A stretch of DNA of 64,000 bases, taken from the NCBI RefSeq assembly GCF_963506605.1, contig NC_083283.1, forward strand, positions 67,332,001 through 67,396,000, written 5' to 3'. This DNA comes from Zootoca vivipara. Its lineage: Eukaryota. The number at the start of each line of letters is the position of its first letter. Position 1 is the first letter of the stretch. Positions 1 to 11,800 of the stretch are shown here, piece by piece. The notes beneath the pieces were generated by a model. It was not told where the DNA came from and did no database searches. It saw nothing but the letters and a program-made list of their open reading frames with translations. Made by a program: the position numbers and the translations under genes.

Positions 1-6
1 CAGCTT

Positions 7-198
7 ACAGGTAGGTAGCCGTGTTGGTCTGAGTCGAAGCAAAATAAAAAATTCCTTCAGTAGCACCTTAAAGACCAACTAAGTTTATATTTTGGTATGA
101 GCTTTTCGTATCTGAAGAAGTGTGCATGCACACGAAAGCTCATACCAAAATATAAACTTAGTTGGTCTTTAAGGTGCTACTGAAGGAATTTTTTATTT
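7..198 (+). mobile_element. Penelope-like element (PLE) terminus with inverted pseudo-LTR arms
   Basis: Arms ~42-109 and ~132-198 are reverse complements with one 1-nt indel. They enclose a hammerhead core, an arrangement typical of truncated reptile PLE insertions. Confidence 0.75.
108..145 (+). ncRNA. Minimal type I hammerhead ribozyme motif (PLE-associated)
   Basis: GTAT(108-111)-CTGAAGA(112-118)-A-GTGTGC/AT/GCACAC(120-133)-GAAA(134-137)-GC-TC(140-141)-ATAC(142-145). Helix I is GTAT/ATAC and helix III is reduced to the palindrome AGCT. Confidence 0.65.
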
Positions 199-281
199 CA
201 TTTCACAGCTGCTAAAGAGAAAGAAAGGTTCTCTGGGTGGCAGCCCTGGTCTCAGATCTGCTAACTACCTAACGTTTCCTT

Positions 282-283
<2 letters not shown>

Positions 284-319
<36 letters not shown>
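284..319. repeat. (GT)n microsatellite
   Basis: Direct reading of the sequence. Confidence 0.95.
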
Positions 320-320
<1 letters not shown>

Positions 321-1282
321 AGAGATGACTTTTATTTCTGAAACTGTAAACCTGCCAACAGTTTATCCCCATCTCATAACCTGCAGGTACAAGCGAGCCT
401 TCAAGTTGTGCAAATGTATTGACTTTTTATTTTATGCATTTACATTTATATGTAGGGCAGGTGCAGGGAACGCAATGCGAAGTTTGATGCCAGTTCATCC
501 TGTAATGCCTGCAATATGTGGTAACCCAAGAGCTAATTTATCTCTTCTTGGTACTGACATTTATAACGGCTAGCTAGAAGTGACATCTATACTATCCGGT
601 CCTGACCTTGCTGATTGCCTCAACTCCATGAAGGAATACTATTAGCTAGCAAGATAAAGAACATTTTCGGCTGTCTGTGAAATCAAACTAGAAAAAGAAA
701 CAAGAGTCTTTCGGTGTATGTATAACTATTTGAGGTGCTACTGAACTGTCTACCTTGTTCTTATACCCAGGCTTCAAAGGACCTCTGGGAATATGAAATA
801 CGAGTCCATGGCCTTCACAGCAGTCTTTCTGGCTAAAAGAATAAAGGAAAAGGAAATAAAGACACCTTCACCCCTTTTGTCCCACAACGGTCCAAAATGC
901 TACAAAAATTGAAGGGAGCTTCAAATGCCACCTCAAAATCTATGCATTTTGCTCCTTCAGCTCAATGGTGGCCCCACTCTAGAAGAAAACTGTGTGAGGT
1001 ACCATACAACTGACCTAGTCAAGGCTGCAAACTATAAGAAATAACAATGTACTTCAGTGTGAATATGCCACAACCCAGGCTTGTTTTCATTGCCAAAGAT
1101 AAGTGCTGTACAGCCTTTCATGTCTTCCCCCAAGGCCACACAATATATATATATATATACACACACATATGCCATCTGTGTGGATTTGTTGTTGTTAAAA
1201 CAGCACAAGTGTTTTAAGCTGGGAATGCATGAAGTTTGTTCACAATAAATGTGTGTTCTCAATAGAATAGTTTCCCAATATA

Positions 1283-1708
1283 CTGTATTTTGCTTTTTTG
1301 GGACTCCAAATAGAGACAAAGGGGTGGGGGAAATTGCCCACAGTTGCCGAGCTTTTGGGGGGTGGATTGCCCAGACTTGTTGAGCTTTTTTGGGGGGGGG
1401 GGGTTGCTGAAAACCACTCACCCGCAGGAACGCGACAGCCAATTGCACTCGCATCAGCGAAGCCACCAATCATCTGCATGCTTGCCGAAAGCAAACACCA
1501 ATCGCCCGCCCAATTGCCTCAGCAGCCAATAGCCAGCAGACTTTGCAGCACCCACCATTCACCCGCAAAAAAGCCGCAGACAATATCCTGCTCTTGGCAG
1601 CCGCCAATCGCCCGTCCCACCTCTCCACTATTTGTGTAGAAGACAACCCCAAGTTTTTAGCATAATATTTTAATAAAATGACCTAGTCTTATACATGGAA
1701 AAATATGG
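1283..1708. mobile_element. Non-autonomous Tc1/mariner-pogo-type DNA transposon
   Basis: TA|CTGTATTTT...AAAATATGG|TA degenerate TIRs with TA flanks, and a GC-rich interior with repeated GCCAAT/ACCCGC motifs. Confidence 0.55.
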
Positions 1709-4341
1709 TATAATATAAACAAGGTATTAATTAATGTGCATGCTGGTTGCATGAGAACATGGAACATCAAAGCAATACTGTGTGGATTACTGTATTGCAT
1801 TCTTTCTTTTCTAAAAAATGGCATTTAATTGCATTTTCTTCCAAACATAAATCCAAAGGAGACCACATAGTCACATTCTTAAGCTCCTTTCAGGTGACTG
1901 TTTGTTGGGCTCCAAGTGTTTGAGGAACGGCATGGGTGACACCACTTGCATGCTTCATTGCATGTCTGCAACTTGCATACACTTGTTGGAAGTTAAGGCA
2001 CACCTGTACCTGCAGGTGTGTGATAAAAGGTGTTTATGGTGGTGGGGTAGAGCCTGCCATCACCCCACCACACAAACATTCATTCAGTAGGTCTAAACAT
2101 CTGCACAGAGCTATACTCTGAAGAGTATCTGAAGGCGAGTCACATTAACTGGTGGTGACTGAGCTCAGGATTGTTAATTATTTTAGAATTTAATTTGCAC
2201 TGCAGAATTAGTCACCCCCTTTATACCCAGAACTGCCCTGTGAGTTAGCTTATACTGAGAGACCATGCCTGGCCCTAGGTCACTTGCTGAGCTCCATAGC
2301 ATAGCAAAAATTTGAAACCAGCTCTTTCCCTCACCTGTTTAAAACCCTTCATTGTCCTTAGACAATACTGAGCCAGATGAAGCAACGTTTGACTTAGTAT
2401 AAGGCACTTTCCTACTTATAAACCCATCAAACAGTTTAGTTGCCCCTACACTAAACTGGGATCCAATAACAAAGAATCTGAACTGTAGTGATTGTTGTCT
2501 AACAGAAACAGTTCATGGGATTTCACAGAGCTAAACAAAGTTTGCTGGAGAAATGAAACATGCACACACTAAATGGAAAGCTGTCAAAAAAGAATTGTGA
2601 GAATATTTCTTGCACAGTACTGTCTACTTACCTGAGATTTTCACTATTATCCCTCTCTATTTGTACACTTCATCATTTATACACTTTACGCAACTATTTT
2701 TTTAATGTTTCATATTTGAAGATTTAATAGATTAACCCTATGCATGCTTACACAGAAATAAACCCAGCTGTGTTAAAATGGAGTTTATTTGTGGACAATT
2801 GGCTATAGGATTGCACCTGTAATGGTAGTTACATTTTTTCCACTACAGCATTCACTAGAAATATAACTGGATAGTAAATTAGCTAACTATGAAAGTAGTC
2901 CAGAGATGACGCGTGCATTAAACCAATCTATGTACTGTACCGAATAAAATGGTACTACTGAAGGAAGACACAGATGGCAAGCTGGATTGCCACAAGAAAC
3001 AAGGGCACAAATAATGTGTTTTTGAGAGTTGGAAGGCAGAATGATGAAATGGTAACACCATCATTACCTCTGATGTACACACTCATTTATTTTGACCCAA
3101 TGTTACCTCCAGTCAAAGAGGGTTTACAAGTATCTGAAGCATTGGTACAATATATAAAGCCTGACTGATTAGAGATAACAGCTCCGTGAGTAGGCATGGC
3201 ATGGGCAATGATGACCTCAAGCATTCTATCTTCAACTCTCTACAGCCCCGGTGTCTTCACAAAAACAATGAAAGAATGCAATAGAAATAGCCATGCCATT
3301 AACGAGGAGTTTATTTGAGCACGTATAAATATATCAGTGGCACTAAGGATAAGGAGGGAATAGACAACAGATTCAAGTTTGAAACCTGGCACTAACATTA
3401 ATACAGAATATTCTCGTTTTCTTTTAACAAACCATTTTCCATCAGACTCAATAGCTACAACTTCTTTTGTTTCTTTTCCCACAGGGTGCAAAATATTCCT
3501 CCGCCTGTGTTTTAAAATGTGGATTGAGGGAAAAGCAACAAACGCCTCCTGTTCCATTGTGACTGCTGCAAGCTTCTTTTATTCGGAGTAAGGGATGGAT
3601 AATACGTAGACAGGCCTCTTAATAATTGCCCTAATCTTCCCTAATGTATTGCCAGTAGAAATGAATAGAAAAAGTCTATAGTGGACATTGTATCAAGACT
3701 TCTTTGTTTGCAAGGTAAAATGCCCTGATTTCTGAAATCTTTAATAGAATGGTATGCGGTTGGGTTTTTTGGGCCTATAATTAATTACAGCTATGGTGTC
3801 TTTAATCCCCCTTTCAGAAAACATTAGTTGCTTGTTTGTCACCTAGTGGCTTGCTTTATTTCCATCAATTACCATTGTGTTGAGTGGAATCACTCTGGAC
3901 ATGTAATTGTAACGTCCGGATCACTGTAAGCTGCCTTAATGGTTTATTACAGTAAACCTTAGAGTGATCATCTTTATTAGACAGATGTAGCATTTATTCA
4001 GAAAAGATTCCTTCCTTTCCAAGGGCTGGCTGAGATCTCTGTGAAAGATGAGCTGAAAACTCCTAAACACAATATTTTCCTCACAGCAATATCAAAGTAT
4101 GCATTATGAAAGCACTGAGTTTTTTTATAAAAAAACCCCACCATATGTATTTTATTGAATGTTTGACATCCCACCCACCCCTTCTAAGTAATATGAACTG
4201 AAAGCAAGCAATTTAACAACATAACCTCTACCCTGAGTATTAGAGAAGGTTAGGCTAGTTTTGGAAAAGTGAAGTCCCATTGAGTTAAATGGGGCTTTAT
4301 TCTACTCAGGAGATGCATGGGATTGCAATCTCTTTGCTATA

Positions 4342-4611
4342 CAGGGGTACCTCATGTTGTGAACAGGATCCGTTCCAGCAGCCCGTTCGCAACATGAAAA
4401 GGCCAAAACATGAAGTGCCGCATCTGCGCATGTGTGTGATGCAATGCAGCGCTTCTGCGCATGCGCAAAGCGCGTTTTAGTGCTTCTGCGCATGCAAGCA
4501 GGTTACAGATGCGCTGAACCCAGAAGTAACCCATTCCGGGACTTCTGGGTTCGGCGCGTCCGTAATCTGAAAAGACGCAACATGAAGCAGACGTATCATG
4601 AGGTATAACTG
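4342..4611. mobile_element. Tigger/pogo-like MITE
   Basis: TA|CAGGGGTACCTCATG...CATGAGGTATAACTG|TA; TA TSD. Confidence 0.75.
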
Positions 4612-4755
4612 TAATCTTATACAGTACTTGCTCCTTCGTTGGTGCTAAATTTTGGAAATGTTTATGAATAGTGTCAGGATTAAAGTGCAATCTCCATTTT
4701 TCACATGCTTCCAACAGCTTGTAACATCTGAATTGGGCCTCTTCTTTAAGAAATA

Positions 4756-5140
4756 AAGGTAAAGGTAAAGGACCCCTGTTAGTTAAGTCAAGTCGCAGAC
4801 GACTCTGGGGTTGCGGCGCTCATCTCGCTTTACAAGCCGAGGGAGCTGGCGTTTGTCTGCACACAGTTTTTCCAAGTCATGTGGCCAGCATGACTAAGCC
4901 GTTTCTGGCGCAACGGAACACCGACACCAGAGCAGTGCACGGAAACACCATTTACCTTCCCGCTGGAGTGGTACCTATTTATTTACTTGTACTTTTTGTC
5001 ATGCCTTCGAACTGCTAGGTTGGCAGGAGCTGGTACTGAGCAACGGGAGCCCACCCCGTCGCGGGGATTCAAACCGCCGACCTTCTGATCGGCAAGCCCA
5101 AGAGGCTCAGTGGTTTAGACCACAGCACCACCCGCATCCC
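4756..5140 (-). mobile_element. Sauria (Squam1) SINE, full length
   Basis: tRNA-like head with A/B boxes on the minus strand, (ACCTTT)n tail, TSD TCTTTAAGAAATA at 4743-4755 and 5144-5156. Confidence 0.92.
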
Positions 5141-5794
5141 TACTCTTTAAGAAATACTATGTCCCTAATTATGAAATATAATTATAATTTATCTGACTAG
5201 CAAATTGTTCAGATGAGCAAAGGCAAAGAGGGGCAAAAGCTGCAAAAAGATAGAACAAATTCATTCTATCTCTTCAGGACATGGAGAAATCATGGGGATA
5301 TGATTAATTTATATGCCAGTAATGATGTTCAAGTAATAGTAGACTGACCTTGATTGAATATCGCAGGCCTCATAAAAAGAATAAAAAGAACTTCCATAAG
5401 GGTATGTAAAACATTACAAGAAAACAGAGTTGTATCTTCAAAACAACAACGCTTGTGCAAAATCACGGGCTATAGTCTTATCCTTATTTCACTTAAGGCC
5501 TGCAAGGCCTTTCAACAAAACTGCTTGAAATCAAGAGGACAAAATATCAGGCTTACTTTCGCAAACTTGCTATGCTTGCTATGCTTGTACACATAGAGAG
5601 TTTCTTGTGTGAAAGTATCAAAATATATAGCACCTTGCCTGCACTAGCTTCAAATAGGAAAATCAAGACAAAGTTGTACTTGCTAATTCTGCTGATTATA
5701 CTAATTTGCTGAATGAGGTGCAGCCTTACGCGCCAGTGGATTCACAAGATCACTAACCTTTCTCTCCCACAGTTAGTCAATTGTAATCTTACTG

Positions 5795-5893
5795 CGGGAG
5801 GTAGTGGAAGACAGGAGTGCCTGGCGTGCTATGGTCCATGGGGTCACAAAGAGTCAGACACGACTAAATGACTAAACAACAACAACAACAACA
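5795..5893 (+). mobile_element. BovB (RTE) LINE 3' end, 5'-truncated
   Basis: GGTCCATGGGGTCACAAAGAGTCAGACACGACT terminus, (CAA)n tail, TSD AATCTTACTG at 5785-5794 and 5894-5903. Confidence 0.88.
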
Positions 5894-6387
5894 AATCTTA
5901 CTGTGTGAAAATGATGCTATGCATGAGCCCTGGGTTTAGACAGCAGCACTGGCATTATCTAGAATGTATTTATCTCAATATTTGACTAGAAGTGAATCAA
6001 TATACAGTATATTTCTGTACACTTCTGTCTCTCAGATATGAAAGAGCCTCCTTTTCTTCTCAATCTCTCATGGAAGTTGGCACTGTCAAAATATGAAAGA
6101 TGGGCCGCAAATCACACATAGTACTTAACTATGTTCATTTACTTGATGATTTTTAGCGGATGTCTACAATTTGTTACTGTCAATAGTCTCTCTTTAAGTT
6201 TAAGTTATTATAAACCTTTCAGTGCAGTGATAGGGTGGTATATAAATCAAATAAATGATAAACAACGTGTTGTACAGGACTTTACAAACTTCTGGGATAC
6301 TTCGCAATGCATCCACATGTCATTTATAAATGGCTGTGTGAGAAAGAGATAGAAGCCATCGCAATAGCACCTCAGGTTGGACTTTTG

Positions 6388-6388
<1 letters not shown>

Positions 6389-6430
<42 letters not shown>
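6389..6430. repeat. (ATT)n microsatellite
   Basis: Direct reading of the sequence. Confidence 0.95.
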
Positions 6431-6432
<2 letters not shown>

Positions 6433-6810
6433 ATTTTATTGACAGGTTGGATTATGCCATCTTATTCAATGGAGTCCATTCACATATTCAGCTGCCAGTT
6501 ATGAAGGGCTGGCTCACCCATTCATGATCCTCACCATTTGGTTGTTCACTGTGTGAATTGACTCCATTAACAAACACATGTGTCTGAAGTGATATGAATT
6601 GATTTGAAAGTTCTGTTTCTACTGCATGATCTGTCCTGGCTCAATCATACATGCAAAGCTTCATCATTAGTCAACTGTTTATACATACAAGCTCCTACTG
6701 GATTCCTTTCTTAAGCTCCCTTTCTGCACTGTAAGCCTGCGTACATCTCTCAGTTTAATCCACACCTGCATCTTTAAGTGCATAAATCCGAATATTGAGT
6801 GGTCAGAAAC

Positions 6811-6812
<2 letters not shown>

Positions 6813-6858
<46 letters not shown>
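6813..6858. repeat. (CA)n microsatellite abutting a MITE
   Basis: Direct reading of the sequence. Confidence 0.95.
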
Positions 6859-6862
<4 letters not shown>

Positions 6863-7099
6863 GGTACCTCGGTTTTCTAACGTAATACGTTCCAGAAGAC
6901 CATTCGAATTCCAAAACGTTCAAAAACCGAAGCATTTACTTACGGCAGCATTTACTTACAGAAAACTCAATACGGAAGTCAGGAGGTGTGTTCAACTTCC
7001 GAAAAGCATTCAAAAACCAAAGCAGTTACTTCTGGGTTTTTGGCATTCGAAAACTGAAGCTTTCAACTTCCGAGACGTTCGTAAACTGAGCTACCACTG
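6859..7099. mobile_element. Tigger/pogo-like MITE
   Basis: CAGTGGTACCTCGGTTT...AAACTGAGCTACCACTG|TA; interior related to the copies at 23368 and 46327. Confidence 0.8.
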
Positions 7100-8933
7100 T
7101 ATATGTGTGTGAATCAGCCCTCAGGGACTGTCTTCTCAGGCTCTTTGCCCCACTGGTTTTATAGTCCAATGAGACTGGTCCCTTAATTGGATCTTCTGTT
7201 TAAAAATTAGGAACTGGCAGGGCACATCCAGTGACCTTACTGGTGAACTCCTCCTAACTCTGCAATTATGTCATAACCAAAGTCTGTTCCTAAACACCTC
7301 CCATTTTTTTAAAAAAATATTAAACAAAACCAAGACAAATCTAATTGCAAGTTACATTTTTATGTTTTGACCAGGTTTTTAAAATTTCTGTTCGTTACCA
7401 TGAGCTGAATGGGAAAGTGTAGGAACAGACACAAAAATAACACATTGAGATCTAAAACATAAGTTATAGGAAAGTAAAACATTTCTCTGAACTGCTTTAT
7501 ATTTATTTCGGTATGTCAGGACTAGACGAGTGTCTAACATTTAATTAGCATAGCAGGGCTCCATTCAGTCATTGTAATTTGTCTCTCTCTTCAAAGAAAT
7601 ACATACATTGTTATAGATCCCTCTTTTCTTTTGCTATGAGGCATATATCAAAAGAGCAAGCACACTTCCATATGCAATACCATATCAGTCTGATTATATC
7701 CTACATAACAAGACATGCCCCAAGATAAAATAACACTCAGATATTTATTTGGAAGGACTACTTTGATGTTAAGTGAGCTAAATAATTCTTTAAACTCAAA
7801 AGGCAAGATGGAGAATTTTTTGTGTCATTGCAATCAATCTAAATCTACAGTAGAAGGCAGGCACTCTTTTTACAAGTTCAGCCATTGCAACATAATCCAG
7901 TTGGGATCTTCTTTTGTCCAGTCCCCGTTTTCTGAAATTGCTACGCATGCTTCTAGGAGGTTTTGAAAGCATCCTGATTGAATTGGTGGCAGTGGAAAAC
8001 TGAAGAAGTACGGATACTTAACCTGCGCTCATACAAGTGAGACTGAAGGAACCCAGAACCCCTGAGAGTGGTAAAGAAGCAATACTTCCCCACCACCATG
8101 CATCCTTCCAGACTACCCTGTGGATTTTTTCTGGTTGGTTTGGGGCCTTTCGTATGAGGTGAGGCTGATATGCCAACTGCTGCCCCTCCTGGGCAGAGAG
8201 AAACTAGCCACAGTAACCCATGCTCTGAGGTTTGAAACAGCACAGAATGTGGTTTATGTAGTGAAACAGGAAAGGGAATTGACCAAAACTAGAACCTTTG
8301 TTTCACGAGTGGGAGTCTCTTTCTACTTGCATAGGGACCACTGGATCCCAGCTTTTAAATAAAACTTTGGCTCATCTAATTTGATTCCTATATATAGCCC
8401 CCTAGCACACCAAAGCAGAAAGACTTTGTCCCAACCACTGACTGTTAACTTGCCTCAAATTCCTCCATCTGAATTGTAAATGGAACTGTGGAATACATAC
8501 AGGCTATCTGAAAGTATGGACGAGCCTCCATTTAATTAAGCAAGCTCCAATTAATTCATGTTTTAAATTTCAGACCTTAAAGTGATCATAACACAAGAGT
8601 TTCAATTCAGGTATTGTTTAGATTTTTTTTAAAAAAAGGGAAATTAACTCACACTTAACTTTTCAAACCGTAACAGGAACTTAGCAGTTATCTGAACACA
8701 CTTACTTGGGCACAAGACTGATGGTGGAACTTACATTTAAACAAATATACACAAACTCAGCTTCCATGAAAGTTAACTTGCTAAAAAGGAAAACTGTATC
8801 TGCAGCTTCTTTTGGATTTTATATCCAAAGCCATTTATTTCTGGACAGCTGGCAGAATTTCAGCCAGTTGCCTTCTGGAAAAAGGAGGGATTCAGAGCAC
8901 ATCGTGCCATACAAAAATAGCATTGTATCGTAC

Positions 8934-9085
8934 CTTCCTTTTTCTTTTACTGATGTCACTATGTTGGCCTTTCCTCTGAGCTCCTGTCACTTACTGCTGC
9001 AGCTGAGGTTACAGGTAGATACTTCATTCAACAGCTTCTCTGGCAGGAGCCTCTGCAATTCTCTCCTTTTATCATCACACTGTAG
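8934..9085 (-). other. Candidate non-coding (5' UTR-like) exon
   Basis: Minus strand: pyrimidine tract TCTTTCTTCTATGGGTTAAAG| acceptor and AAG|GTACGA donor. Stops occur in all three frames, and the exon lies in the TE-poor island. Confidence 0.4.
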
Positions 9086-9499
9086 CTTTAACCCATAGAA
9101 GAAAGATATATATATGAGAAAAGATAGAAAAAGAGTGTTTCATTTGTAATTTAAGATTCCCCCTTCTCTCAGGCAGGAAATATAATCTTGAAGCTACAAG
9201 AGAATTTTTATTCTGATATTTTTTTTTTGCCTCCTTTTCTGCTTGAAGCGCTAGCTAGATGCTGAATACAGCAGGCCACAAGGCAAGGTATACAGAAGCC
9301 ATTCACAAGGAAGATGCTGATGGTACCCAAGCCACTCGGATGAGAACAATAGGACACCGTTTTATGACAAGATGGTTTGGAATGAATAATGCATGTATGA
9401 GGATAACAGCTACCCGCCTTGACTTGGGAAAAAAAAAAGAATGAACTGGGGCATCCCAAGAATTCTTTATACAAGCCCGTGAGCCAAGTTGAAAATAGC

Positions 9500-11800
9500 T
9501 TACACCACTCTGCATTTCGCTCATGATGAGACAGCAGTAGCAAACTGTTGGACTGAAAACTGCGCAGTAGTTAGTTCTGCAGTCAGTATAGCAGAAAAGC
9601 CCTCTTGCAGTATGGGAGACTAGGTGCAGCAGAGGCAGGTCACCTCTGCCACTAACAATTATGCAGAAAGGGGAAAGTCAAAGCATGCAACTTTTATCAC
9701 CCCTTCCTGAGAAGATGCACATATACGGTAAGGATTCCGCCTTTCCCACATCTATTGAACAGAACAACTCAGCCCTCTAAGTGCATTTGGCCATTCTTCT
9801 CGTGTATAAAAAATGTACCTACAAACACACAGCCTGAAACAAGTATGTGCTTGTTTCTGTAGCTACAATTTAAGTTGCATTACTGTCGGAGGCGTAGGAA
9901 GGGGGGGTGCGGGGTGGTGGTGGAACGCCTCGGGTGTCATCTCAGAGAGGGGTGGCATTTGGCACGCCGGCCAGCCGCGACTCCCAAGCCTATCCCTGAG
10001 TCGTTGAAGGGGAGAATGACGACAAATAAATTCTGCACCGGGTACCACCTGAACTTGCTATGCCTCTGATTATTGTCCAGCTTGACTAAATGTAGCATTT
10101 CAGCTCGACTCCCTTTCAAAGTGTTGTTAATTAAATAATGCCCCCTGAGAAATCTTTCATTAACAACAATGTGGACTGAGCTGGTTTATTTTGCTCCCCT
10201 CCAGGCTCTTGGAAGCTTTAACAAACCAGCCACTAACATCAGCACCAAACTTTATTTCATCCAGGCTTTCTCTTGCTTTTTTGGGGGTGGGGGGAACTGC
10301 TTCATAAAATTCTTTCCCCTGCCAGAATCATTGCTGTTTGCACAACTTGACCAAGAGATAGTCAGAGGGTCGAGTCACTCTTGGTTTCCCATTGAAATAG
10401 TTTGTTTATAGGAAGAGAGAGGCAGTACCAAGTTACAATGGCAGGAAGCACTGCACTGTTTTAGAATAGTACAAACTCCCCACCCCCCAGAAAGGGTACA
10501 GTTCCAATGCTTATCATTCTAAACAAGGTGCCTGATTGAAGTTTCACTTGTCACTTCAGAAGCCTTTGGAAGAGGTCACTTTCCTAGCGAGGTATATTCT
10601 GTTTGTTAGTTTTCAGTTCACATCACTGATTTTCCTTTGAAATGTATGTTATTAGCACAGTGGGGGCCTGTTAGTTGTATGTCATGAACCTAACTTTGAC
10701 ATCTCTCCCTAACAACTGCTTTTGGGATGTCATATGGCTAGAACCAATTGTCAAACTTGCTAAACACAGGAAAAAGTAAGGAGAATTCAAGCAGAAACAG
10801 AACAAACTAAGAATTTAAAGTGATTTCACTGGCAAAACCCTTTCCCCCACTCTTTTACTTAAGAGCTGAGAAGAAGAAGAAGAAGAGGAAGTGGGGGCGG
10901 GAGCTGTAAAGGAAAAACCTACCCTTGTCATCACACTTTTTAACAGCACTCGCATGCCAATTTAAAAAGAACTGCAGCCTCAGCGATTTCTTAAATAACC
11001 TGTTCCTTTCTTCATAATCATCCAATATATTTGCTTCACCTTTTGACTATTTCAAGGCTTTTCAATAAAGTAAAATACTTGGATTTTGCCAGAATTATAT
11101 TTTAGAAAGCTCAGAAATATATTATCCTTACATATGCTTTTAAAAGGATTGAATTAATGTGGAATTCTGATGTTGAAAGAAAGAAAAAATGGAAGGAGCC
11201 AACTTGTAGCCTGCCTTCCAAACAGACTTTTCTTCTATTCACACTCTCAAATTAATGTTACAGTAACCTTTATCAGTAATAATAGAATAGTCCATTTATC
11301 TATAAATAACATACAAAAGCATTACAGTAATCTACGGAAGTAAATACACAAAACGGATCCTACCCTCATCACACCAGCTCACAATTTGTGTTCATCTCTC
11401 CAATTTTGGCTCTCACTTGATAGCTTTTATTCTTTTCTTTTTAAGGTTCTCCTCTCTCTTTCCTTCGCCCTCCCTCTCTCTCTCTCTTTTCCCCATTAGG
11501 ATTCGAATGGGCTGGTTCTTTAGCCAATATGTCGATACATGCCTGAATACACTTGTAGAAAAGCAGCTTCTCCTTTTGTTTGGGTCCTGTATGGGTGAGC
11601 GTCCTTCCACACCAATAGGCAATGGCTTCCCTCACAGTGGGAACTTTCCAATAATTGCCAGAACAAATTAAAATGAAGCTTATCTGTTCCCTTCCCCTTT
11701 CAGTTGGAAAATGGGGGAAACTGAAGAACAAGCCCAATTTTAACTGGTAACAATATAGCGTAGAAATAGATTGGATACAGCTAGAGCTGAGTCTTGTTGT
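9500..11800. promoter_or_regulatory. Candidate promoter/regulatory region
   Basis: No recognisable TE. CpG-retaining G-rich patch ~9885-10005, GC box GGGGCGGGA ~10894, several CCAAT boxes (~11524, ~11612, ~11648, ~11733, reverse ~11770), purine/pyrimidine tract 11428-11495. Confidence 0.45.

Noticed and set aside
1032-1652. Cluster of overlapping 60-145 aa ORFs
   Set aside because: They lie in a GC-rich DNA-transposon interior that is poor in stop codons; no protein motif is recognisable.
2620-2700. Strong minus-strand donor CAG|GTAAGT near 2631
   Set aside because: No convincing upstream acceptor or reading frame; isolated consensus donors are common by chance.
8900-11800. Naming the gene (e.g. 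an FLRT/LRRN/LRRTM-type nested gene)
   Set aside because: The layout is only suggestive; no coding sequence lies in the window and I do not recognise the UTR.
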